Source: Cyanophora paradoxa CCMP329 (Eukaryota > Plantae > Glaucophyta). Taken from it: a stretch of DNA of 64,000 nucleotides. The DNA is taken from contig QPMI01000370.1 of NCBI GenBank assembly GCA_004431415.1, positions 1 to 64,000 of the forward strand. Reading direction: 5' to 3'. The notes beneath the pieces were generated by a model, which was not told the DNA's origin, made no database searches, and saw nothing but the letters and a program-made list of their open reading frames with translations. Both the position numbers and the translations under genes were made by a program. This document shows positions 24,801 to 34,342 of this stretch, in pieces (position 1 is the first letter of the stretch; each line of letters begins with the position of its first letter).

Positions 24801-27800
24801 GCCAGGCGCGCTACAAACACCCCCTGAGAGAGAACAATCGACCGCCTTCATGCACTGGTAGGCATACTGGTAGCTCGGTGAAGTTAAAACCGTGCACGCA
24901 GTTTTGCAGCAGCAGAATGCGGAGCAGCCGCCGCACTGGGATGCGGCAATTCGGGTCCCACCTCGCTCTGCACACTTCGCCCAGCTGCTGCAAATCTTGT
25001 GGGTGATGGGGATGTAGGTGTTGGTGGCGGTGGTGAAGCTGCAGCAGATGGAGTCGCAGGATCCCGATGAAGAAGAGGCGAGCGGTGTCGGAGCCGGCGT
25101 CGACACCAAGCTCCCAGTGCACGAGCTGCAGTAAAAGCTGTAGCTCGGATATGAAGAGTCGGTGATGATATAATCTGCTGGGCAGGTATTTGTGTAACAA
25201 GACGGCGTCGAGCCGGAAGCGGAACTCCTGCAGCACACCATGCCGGATCCGCCTCCAGACGGAGGGGCATAGCCAGACAAGCCACAAGTCGACGAAGTGC
25301 AAATAGATGATTCGGAGTATGGCCGCACAACGTACGTTGAGCTCCCCGTGTTCATCGCGCTGCACTCCGGAACAGTCTTGCACTCGTAGCCCGAGTATGT
25401 GTATGTGGTTATCACTTCAGTGCCGGACTGGATAGAGCCGGACTGGGTGGCCCGGGCGCAACAGGCCCGCGGCCCGCCGTTCTCAGAAAGGCTGCAGTCC
25501 TTGTCGAAGCTCGTGGACGGGTCCTGATACGCGGGACCGTAACCGCAGACGTCATCCCCGCCGCAGAAGATCGAGTGCGCCTCCGTGCCAGCGACAGCCG
25601 CGCAGCGCGATTTGAACACGCACTTGTAGTAGGTCCCGTCGAGGTCGCCCCAGGGGCCGAGGCAGCACACGCTCGGGGACGTGGGGTGCAAGGGGCCCGT
25701 GCAGCCGGCGCATTCGGCAATGTCGCCTACCATGTTGAGCGGGGAGGTCGGGCACTTGGCTTTCGCCATGCAGATGGGAGGCGAGTAGGGGCTGTACTTG
25801 CAGCAGACGTGGGTGGAAGCTTCGACGGCCGCAGCCTCCATCGAAGCCAGGTCCAGCGCGCCACGGTACCCGGCGAGCGTCGTCGCCGTTGTGGAAGGGG
25901 CCAGACCTCCGCAGGCACCGAAGCCGAACGCCGTACCGATGCAACCAGCTGTCCACACGAGTCAGGCGATTTCGCCGCCGCGAATCGAAATCAAAGCCCC
26001 TCGACGCGCACCGTAGGAGTAGAACCCGGTGGAGTTGGTGAAGTAGTCAGAGGCGCTCGAGTTGGCGGGTGGCACGGCACTCTCGTTCGCGCGCAGCGGC
26101 AGCGCGGCCGCCGTGCGCTCCGCAACGATGTCGGCATAGCGGAGGGCGGCGTAGTCCAGGTCAGAGCGACCCGTGTACAGCATGCGGACGGTGGCCGCGT
26201 CCGACGCCGCGAGGAGAGACTGCAGCGTCGGGGAATTCGCGGGGTCGAGGCCGCGCAGACGGGCGGCGAGCTCGAGCACGGCGATGGAGGGCAGGTCGGA
26301 GGGGGAGGCGGGCTTGGGGCAGCCGGCGGGCGAGTGGAGGCACGCGGGCTTGGGCATGGACGAGTGGAAGACGGCCATCCCGCGGGCGGGGAAGGCGAAG
26401 TACTGCGCGTCGATCGTGTCCACGTAGCCGCCTGCAAGCGGCGCACCGGTACTGCATAAGATCCATAGAATGATGTTGAAATATATATAATCAATGCTCG
26501 CCCGGAGGGATCTGCTTGCTCTCGTACTCGGTCACGTAGTCCTCCTCGATCGAGCAGCCGATCGCGTCCAGCTTCATGTGGTAGAGCACCTACGAAGAAA
26601 TTTCTAGATCAGAAAAGCACAGAAAGCGGAATAGTTGTTATACGAGGAACGTAGTATAACGTACTTCGGACAGCGTGAATAATGTATATTGTTACATAAA
26701 TTTCGCACTCTTTGTTGCTTCGCAACAAGTACTTCTTGGGTACTTGTTGCACCTGCAACAAGTCCTACGAGCTTCCTAAGAGCTGCAGCAGTGAGCTATC
26801 GCTGCAGCTGCTGCAGCTTCTCTTCAGAGTTGCTTGATAGCAGCTTCGCTTCTTGCTCCCATGGCAGCCCTAGCGCGCCCCCGCGGGCGCCTCCAGCTCT
26901 CCCGTTTCGTCCTAATTGTGTGTATCCTTGCGCTCCTCGTTTGCCCGGTCGCAAATGGCGCCCGGGGTGCGAAGAGAGCCAAAACCGCGACTCCCTCTCC
27001 CAATCCGCCCGATCCGACTGTGGCGCCCTCTGCTGGCCCCAGTAGCCCACCCCCTGTTCCTCCAACGCCCACCCCTGAGGCGCCGGCCCCGGAGCCCGGC
27101 CCGCCAGTTATCACTCCTTCAGGCTCGAATATTTGCATCGGAACGCATGGCCCAACAGTGCCAACCCCATCCCAGCAGATTGCAGACCAAACCGTAGAGG
27201 CGTTCAATCAGCGTTTCGCAGCCATTGAACATTACCTCGGCGAAGTGATTGCAGCTCGTACCATAGGTACTGCCACCGCCAATCCAGCCCCGATTCCAAC
27301 TCCGCCCATTTCGTCGGTCCCACTTGTCGATTTGACATCGAACAATGGCGGTGAAGGATCATCTTCGGGCAACACTGCGCGTGAGCGTGCTGCACGTACA
27401 CGTGAGCCCCTTACTGAGCGCGAACGCCAACGTCTCCACTATAATATTACCCGTTGGAATAACCCTCTAAACAAAGAATTTGCTTTGGACACTCTCGATA
27501 ATATAGCGTTAGCCGAGGCCCGTGATTATTCTGCTCTTTATATCGCACTTAGAGACCAACTCAAAAAGATCCAACGCATCAATCAGCTAGGCCTTGATCG
27601 TGCTCTTAGACTGCAAAATGTAAACCAGGCTACTGATGATTTTCAGGAGCGCCAACTTTTGTTAACTGAACAAATGTATCAGCAGCAGTTGCAGCAGTTT
27701 ACGCAGAATACTGTCACAGGCATGCCGTATGGTCGCTCACAGAATTTCGCTGCTCGCCCTCCCGGCCCTCGTCTGGCGGCCTCTGGCCCTACTCGCCCAC

Positions 27801-30800
27801 GGGCTTGCTATCATTGTCATGATCCATCCCATATGCGTAATGTCTGTCCTGCTTTCCGTGCAGCTTGCCAGAACTGCCCTCCTGGCACTCGCCCGACTCC
27901 TCTGCCGACTCCAAACTCGTAAATTTATTTCTTTTCACATCGATCCATCAGAATATCGATATTCATGAGTTTTTCGCTACTTATGTACGAGCAGTGTTTT
28001 GACGCATGAGAGCATATCTTGATAGCAGAACCTGTGAACGTACTTGTGTTTTCTTGTGAGTAATTGATGATGGATTCGAAAGTCGCTGCAATTTCTTGAT
28101 GCCCCAAAATCGCCACTGGCGTGCATATGCATGGATGCAATTCGCGAAATCGCCTTTTTATGGCGTACATATTCATACATGTCGCAGCTCTGCCCTTTGT
28201 GGCATCTGCATGTCTTGTTTTTTGCTTTGAAAATCGCCTATGGCGTGCACTTACATCGACATTTATTGATTGCAAATTGTCAGGACAGCTCTGCCCTCGC
28301 GTGGCATCTGTTGCTGTATTTCTTTTCAGTGCACGGCACTAGTGCATACTCCCTCGCCGGAGATGGAGATTCGGTCGCCATTTTTCTTTCCCTTGTGCAG
28401 TTCAAGCATCTGGAGTTCAGGCACGCCTCCCCCCATAAATCGCTCCTTGCACTGACTGGCGACCGAACGCATCGATGGCATTATACATACGCATTTTACA
28501 TATATGTGTGCTTCTGTGTGCCGTTAGAGGCCTTGCACTCGTCTGCAGGCTCTCGGCCTTCGCTCTTTTGCTCTTCATGGCAATTGTACAAGTAGTACCT
28601 CAATTGCAATATACGAAATGAGCGCTGTCCGAATAGTTGTTATACGAGGAACGTAGTATAACGTACTTCGGACAGCGTGAATAATGTATATTGTTACATA
28701 AATTTCGCACTCTTTGTTGCTTCGCAACAAGTACTTCTTGGGTACTTGTTGCACCTGCAACAAGTCCTACGAGCTTCCTAAGAGCTGCAGCAGTGAGCTA
28801 TCGCTGCAGCTGCTGCAGCTTCTCTTCAGAGTTGCTTGATAGCAGCTTCGCTTCTTGCTCCCACCCAACCCTCCCTAAATATATGGATGCTGTTCTGCTG
28901 TCTATATAATTCCCTCCCTTGCGTGCGGCCTCGAGCCTGCATTCTCGTGCACTATTAATTGAGTGCTGTTGTTTTTTCTGTCAGGTTTTACTGCTCGCTG
29001 TCTCGGAAGTGCGGATGCCTTGGCGGCATGGCGTGCAATCGGAACAAGTGATTACATCCTTTCATGGCTTCAGAACGGCTACCCTCTTGCTGGCGTCGAG
29101 CATATGCCTCCTAGTGTACATTACAATGCTGGTCAATCTCAGCGCCCTCGTGAGAGTACTTTCATTCGGGCAGAAATTCAGAAGCTGCTCGGTACCGGCG
29201 CTATTCGGGTGGCCCCCAAGCCCCGAAAATTGTTTGCTCGCTATTTACGGTTCCAAAGAAGACTGGTGATAAGCTCAGACTGATTTGGGATGGCCGCCCA
29301 ACAAATCGAGGTCTTCCTCCTGTCCCTTTTCGCTATGAAAATATGCGCGAGGTCATCGCCTTGCTGCGACCTGGCTGGTTTATGTTTACTATCGACCTCG
29401 AGTCGGGATATCATCATGTACCGGTAGACCCGCAATATTTCTCGTACCTGGGCTTCCAGTACGATAGTACTTTCTTCGAATACACCGTTTTACCCTTCGG
29501 GCTCTCACATGCCCCATATGCATTCACCAAGATCATACGTCAGGTCATTAAATTTCTCCGCGCACACGGTATTACCGTGGTATCGTATGTAGATGATTTC
29601 TGGTTTGCGGCTCCCACGTACCAGGCCGCTGTTAATCTTCGCAATTTCATTCTCGATCTTTTTCGCCACCTGCACTTATTCATTAATGAGAAATCGGCCC
29701 TTGAGCCTGCACAGCGTGTCGAATTTTTAGGGTTTATTGTAGATTCCACATCTATGATGTTTGAGGTCCCTCTGCAGAAGCTTAGTAAGCTTCAGGACCG
29801 GCTAAAGGACGCAGCTAAGCGCATCCAGTCGTGCCAGGCTAGAGGCGTGCAATTTCAGATGTCAGCTCGTACACTCGCTTCGATTGTCGGTGTGCTTATG
29901 TCAATGGCCTTAGCTATTGCACCCGCTCGCATTCATACTCGATCCATTTATCGCAACATTGATATTACCCAGCGACAATTTCGGTGGAATGCCCCGGCGG
30001 TGGTATCGCCGGAGGCCCAGGAGGAGCTTCTGTGGTGGCATGCAAATCTCGCCCGCTATAATGGGCGGTGTGCCATCCGGCCAGAGCGAATTTTCGTTGT
30101 TACGACGGATGCCAGCAAGATCGGTCTTGGTGGTTTTGTCACCACCGAGGTTGGCGATCTCTCATTCCAACAACAGTGGACTCCTGCAGAGTCGGCCCAG
30201 ACGCCTGCATGGCGTGAGATGACCGCCATTATTCGTGCTCTGCATCATTTCAGTCCTTACCTGCAGCACGTTAATTTACTAGTTCGCTCAGATAACACAA
30301 ATGCAGTGCAGTACATTCTTAATGGTGGCGGTCGTAGCCCCGAGCTTACATTAATCGCCAAGGAAATTTGGAATTTCGCCTTGCAAAATTGTGCCTTCAT
30401 GGATGCTGAGTGGATACCTGGAGAAACCAATAATTTCGCCGATTATCTTAGTCGCTGGTTTGCCCCTGCTGACTATCAGCTTTCCGATGCTGTTTTCCGT
30501 CGCATTGTTAACAGATATGGCTTGCCTGATGTCGATCGAATGGCATTAGCTTCCTCTGCACGTGTCCCTCGCTATAATAGCATTGATCCTTTTGACCGCC
30601 TTGCAGAGGCAGTAGACTGCTTCACTGTTGATTGGTCTCGTGATTTTAATTATGTTTTCCCCGACCCTGCAGTCCTACTGCGGGTGGTTCGTCATGCTCA
30701 AGCTTGTCGAGCTCGGATGATTGTTGTAGTACCCGAATGGCCCTCACAGCCATGGTGGCCTATCTTGCAGGCTGCAGCTGTGGAGCCCCCTCTGCATCTT

Positions 30801-33800
30801 GGTCGGGGTCACACAGTATGCCTTTTCGGTCCAACTCGTGCTGCTCTTCCTGAGTGGCTGCTCCTCGCTTTTCTAGTTCAGTTTTAGCTGCACCCAATTG
30901 CAAACTAGTGTCAAATAATTATAAATGCAATCGAGCGCACACCCTCATGCTTCTAACCATACCCTGCAGTGGATGCAGCTCGTTGGGCCCACATCTGTGC
31001 TCGCATTACGTTCTACGCAAACCAGCATCTTGCCTCATCCACGCGAGATGCATATGCAATGTGGGTTGGCCGTTTTCGGCAGTTCTGCATTCAGCTGGGT
31101 GTTCTACCTTTTCCCGTCGATGCTGAGGTTCTAGCCGGTTTTTTGTGCGATATTGCTGACGATGACTACGTCTTCTCAACTATAAATGTAGCTTTTTCTG
31201 CAGTTCGTAATGAGTGTGAGACCTTGCGCTTTGATACCTCAGTTTTCAGCTCAGTGCTTATTCAGCACGTCCTCACGGGCTTGCGCCGAGTCCTAGGCGA
31301 TGGCCCCACTCGCCCAGCGGCCGTCCTTTCGGTCGAACATATTCGCCGGCTAGCGGTAGCTTCCGATCGTGTTCCATCACAGACCCATCGTCGCTCTATT
31401 GCTATGATCACCGTCGGTTTCTTTGGCCTCCTCCGTCGCTCTGAGATTGTGCAAATTCGGCGGTCTCATTTATCTTTCCGCCCAGATGGCATGGTCCTCC
31501 GCGTCCCTCGCTCTAAAACAGATCAGACTCGGATTGGTCACGAGCTTTTTATTTCGGCTCTGCACTTCATGGCAATTGTACAAGTAGTACCTCAATTGCA
31601 ATATACGAAATGAGCGCTGTCCGAAGCGGAGCGAGGAGCTCGAGGGGCCGACCTTGCGCTGGTACGTCTCCCAGCTGTTGAAGTTGGCGCCGCGGGGCGG
31701 CGGGTCGAGCGGCGAGACGGAGAAGATCGTCGACGAGTCGATGTAGCGGAGTAGATCTGGCCGTCAATGAGAGTCTTGAAGCGTTATGAGAGCTCACTGA
31801 ATCGATAAATTAAAATAAATTAAATTAAAGCCCGCACCAGAGTGGAGAACAAGGGGGTACCACCCGTAGCGGCTCTGCCGATAAAGAGTTATTTCTCGAA
31901 CTGCCTGCCATCAAAATCGAATTGAGCTCACCTTCGTCGGGTTGGAAAAGAAGTGCATGAAGTACATGTTCCCGAAAAGCGCAGCGGCGCCGACATTGCG
32001 GACCTTCGTGCTTTGAGAGCCGGTGGACGGAGATCGCGAGGGGAGCGGGAGCGGGTCACCTGCCCGGTGAAGGCGCGGGCCTGCTGGACGATGCGCTGCG
32101 CCTGCTGCCGGGCCGCCTCGGGCTCGTAGCCGAAGCGGCCGTCGGCGCCCCGGACGAGGCCGTGCACGGCGGGGTCCAGCAGCAGGTCGGCGAAGCCCAT
32201 CGCCATGCCCATCGTCTCCGTCCGCAGCGCCTCCGTCGAGTTGTCCAGCCGCGCCGCGATGGACGCCAGGCCCGCCTGGCCCCGCTCGCGCAGCGCGACG
32301 GAGACGCCGCGGCCGGCCCTGACGCGCTCGAAATTGTCCGCGATGTGGCTCGGGAGGCCCGTCGTGAGGTTCTTCTGGCGCAGGCCCTCGACGCCCGTGA
32401 CGAGGCGGACCTGCTCCGTCACGTTCGCGAGGAGGTCCGCGTGCCCCGCGAGCTGCACCGTCTCCTCCGGGCCCACCGGCCCGGGGTACGCGATCCGGCT
32501 GGTGAAGCCTGCGGCGCGTCGGACGTAGCGGCGCGCGCGACCGCGGGCGGCGGGCCGCGGGCGCACCGATGCCGGAGATGATGCGCACGTCGGGCGGCGC
32601 GGGCAGCCCGAGCTCCTCCATCCTGCGAGCGGCACTCGACGAAAGCACTGCGGCCGGCCGAGGGAGGGCGCGCCGAAGCCGCGCACCAGTGGAAGCTGAC
32701 GGGGCGGAGGGTGTCCAGGTCGATCTCGCTGCGAGGAAAATTAAAGGAGATCAGCTGCCAGAGACCGGCTGCCGCAGTGCAGAAGGGAGCCTCGGAGAAG
32801 GCAGCGGGACGGAGGGAGGAGGCAGGGAGGCTTGATGGAGGGTGGAAGGGGGGGTTGGGGGGGGGGAGGCTGGCGTCGACGCGGGTACGGGGCGTGTACG
32901 AGCCAGAGATCAAGGGGGGAATGGGGGGTACCGTGAGGGAATGCAAGGGAATGGGGGTGCGGGACTGGAGGGGTCGGGGAGGGTGTGGGGGTACAGGACG
33001 GGAGGAGTGTATCGGTGGGGACGAGAGATCAAGGATTAGAGGGGTGGAAGAGAGATACTGGGCGGAGGGGAGGGCGGGGGGTGGGGGTGGGGGGGGGGGG
33101 AATGGGGAGGAGGGAGATGGAAGCATGGGCATGCGGGAAGGATCCGGAGGGTGCAGGGAGCTGGGAACGGGGGACGGAGCGAGAAGGTGGGTATATGACA
33201 TGATGGGGGTGCAGAACATGAATGGGGTACGGGCCAGGAGGGGATGTAGGGGAATAAAAGTGCGGGATCGGAGAGGTCGGGGTGGGGGTGGGGGGTGGGG
33301 GAGTCGGGGCTGGGGGGTGGGGGTGGGGACGGGACAGAGAACCGGAGGCTAGGGCATGGGCGGAGGACAAGAGATAGAGGGAAGTGGGGGAAGCGATGAA
33401 AAGATGAAAAGAGCCTCGGAGAGGTGGGGGGAAGAGAGAGAGAGGGCGGGAGAGGGGGGGAGAGGGGAGGGGGTGGCCTGGGGGAGGGGGGAGGCGGGGG
33501 CGGGGTGGGGTGGGGGAGGGGAGGGGGGGGGTCGCCCAACCGGGAGAGATAGGAAGGGAGGGGTATAAATGGATGGGCGGGATGTGGAAGGGCATGGGGA
33601 AGGGGGAATACGGGACTCGAAGAACGGGAGTGGGCAAGAGGCGGGGAGCGGAAACAAGGGAAGCGCGGCTGCGCAAGGGGGGGGGGGGGGGGGGGGAGGG
33701 TGGGGGGGGGGCTGGGGGAGGGGTTGAGGGGAGGGGTGGAGGGGGGTGGGGAGGGGGCGGGCGGGGATGCAGGGACGGGAAGGCTCTTGCAGGCGAAGGG

Positions 33801-34342
33801 ACGAGGGAGGATGTTGCGGAGGAGGGGGAGACCAGGGGAGCGGGGGGGCCGCACCTGATGAAGAACTTGCCGGTGGCCTCGCGGCCGATGAACATGCCCC
33901 GCAGGCCGCTCATGCCCGACACCTGCGCCCCAAACGTCGTGATCAGCAGCAGGACCCAGCTCATGATCAGAAGCGTAAGGCGCTGCGGGGGCGGGCCTGG
34001 TCGTAATCCTGCATGAGAGCGCCCATGATGAGCTCCGTCGCCGGCGCCGTCTGCAGCGTGAACGTCTTGCGGGCAGCCGACGGGGAGGCCGTTCGCCTTT
34101 GATCGTCTAGGCCTTCGCCTGCCGCGGCTGTCGCGGACAGCGGCGTTCAGCAAATACGGCGCGGCGGCGGGCTCATGATCAAAGACAATAAATTCACCTG
34201 TGCAGGAAAGCGACGCGGCAATGATGAGACAAGCCACGAGCACCGCTTCCGCGACCGCGCATGCGAGTTGCGGAGCTCGAAAGGAGGGAGCCCTTCCAGA
34301 TCTTCGATTTCGGGGGCGGTGCAGGCCTAGGTGGGCTTCCAT
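12859..34342 (-). CDS. Giant multi-exon Cys-rich membrane protein (GCC2_GCC3 / ephrin-receptor-like CxxCPxGTY repeats, C-terminal TM region); one intron holds the retrotransposon. Could be two genes
   Basis: Dozens of C..CP.G(T/S)(Y/F) units at 15700-22900; C-terminal hydrophobic segments (LLQIFLLIAIVSIGSALL; VTAVALAVAFMIAEFVIG; MLDFLSGVYALGLGAF); exons either side of the element splice in frame (..WETYQRK|VLYHMKLDAIGC..); N-terminal hydrophobic segments at 33860-34342. Both ends approximate. Confidence 0.65.
17326..21097. repeat. Near-identical tandem repeat, 1296-bp unit x ~2.9, each unit containing 6 introns
   Basis: gtgcagttcccgtacgtgg anchors at 17326, 18622 and 19918; duplicated ORFs in the track are offset by 1296; few SNPs; 1-bp deletion near 20545 in copy 3. 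Confidence 0.97.
26629..26861 (+). repeat. Split direct repeat A1 (233 bp)
   Basis: Appears identical to 28631-28863 (gaatagttgttatacg...ttcttgctccca); its last base is the A of the gag ATG. Confidence 0.95.
26861..27922 (+). CDS. gag: Gag-like protein with CCHC zinc knuckle and N-terminal hydrophobic segment
   Basis: ATG at 26861; Pro-rich region, then Gln-rich helical region, then CYHCHDPSHMRNVC (CX2CX4HX4C). Confidence 0.85.
   Translation: MAALARPRGRLQLSRFVLIVCILALLVCPVANGARGAKRAKTATPSPNPPDPTVAPSAGPSSPPPVPPTPTPEAPAPEPGPPVITPSGSNICIGTHGPTVPTPSQQIADQTVEAFNQRFAAIEHYLGEVIAARTIGTATANPAPIPTPPISSVPLVDLTSNNGGEGSSSGNTARERAARTREPLTERERQRLHYNITRWNNPLNKEFALDTLDNIALAEARDYSALYIALRDQLKKIQRINQLGLDRALRLQNVNQATDDFQERQLLLTEQMYQQQLQQFTQNTVTGMPYGRSQNFAARPPGPRLAASGPTRPRACYHCHDPSHMRNVCPAFRAACQNCPPGTRPTPLPTPNS
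28573..28863 (+). repeat. Internal B1-A2 junction repeat (equivalent to the circle junction)
   Basis: 28573-28633 matches 31565-31625 (B); 28631-28863 matches 26629-26861 (A); the two overlap at GAA. Confidence 0.95.
28985..30887 (+). CDS. pol: Pol: reverse transcriptase, RNase H and C-terminal Dam-like methyltransferase-related domain; -1 frame break near 29215
   Basis: WRAIG..ILSWLQNGY and EIQKLLGTGAI in one frame, then SLFTVPKK..LRLIWD, IDLESGYHHV, LPFGLSHAP, YVDD in the next; RNase H TDAS, WREM, SDN, ADYLSR; MT-like DRMA..RYNS..DCFTVDW..YVFP..VVPEWPSQPWWP. Confidence 0.93.
30970..31613 (+). pseudogene. Tyrosine recombinase, 3'-truncated
   Basis: ASSTRDAY N-terminal domain, GFFGLLRRSEI (catalytic Arg) and RSKTDQ (Lys); runs into repeat B and stops before the HxxR motif and catalytic Tyr. 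Confidence 0.85.
31565..31625 (+). repeat. Split direct repeat B2 (61 bp)
   Basis: cttcatggcaattg...gcgctgtccgaa, identical to 28573-28633. Confidence 0.95.
32815..33850. repeat. ~1-kb purine/G-rich low-complexity intron
   Basis: Dense GGG(G) runs on the + strand; generates spurious Pro- and Gly-rich ORFs. Confidence 0.8.

Larger units (their letters stand above)
26629..31625 (+). mobile_element. DIRS-order (tyrosine-recombinase) retrotransposon with split direct repeats, PAT-like; layout A1-gag-B1A2-pol-YR-B2
   Basis: Lower-GC island with gag (CCHC), RT, RNase H, MT-like and YR ORFs; A1=A2 and B1=B2; GAA at both ends and at the internal junction; no longer TSD and no integrase. Confidence 0.95.

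Noticed and set aside
27925-28572. Extra ORF or the missing YR C-terminus in the gag-B1 spacer
   Set aside because: Short ORFs with no recognisable domain and no HxxR/Tyr motif; function left unassigned
27919-28984. Simple gag-pol fusion intron removing B1A2
   Set aside because: The donor is phase 2 and the acceptor phase 1, so the direct splice is out of frame
29205-29230. Programmed -1 frameshift in pol
   Set aside because: No clear X XXY YYZ slippery site and it lies inside the RT N-terminal region. Similar single-C losses in C runs occur in DNAJC2 (~39310) and repeat copy 3 (~20545), so a consensus error or mutation is more likely
26629-31625. LTR retrotransposon or prophage
   Set aside because: No TG..CA LTRs, 4-6 bp TSD, protease or DDE integrase; the RT, RH, MT and YR motifs are DIRS-type
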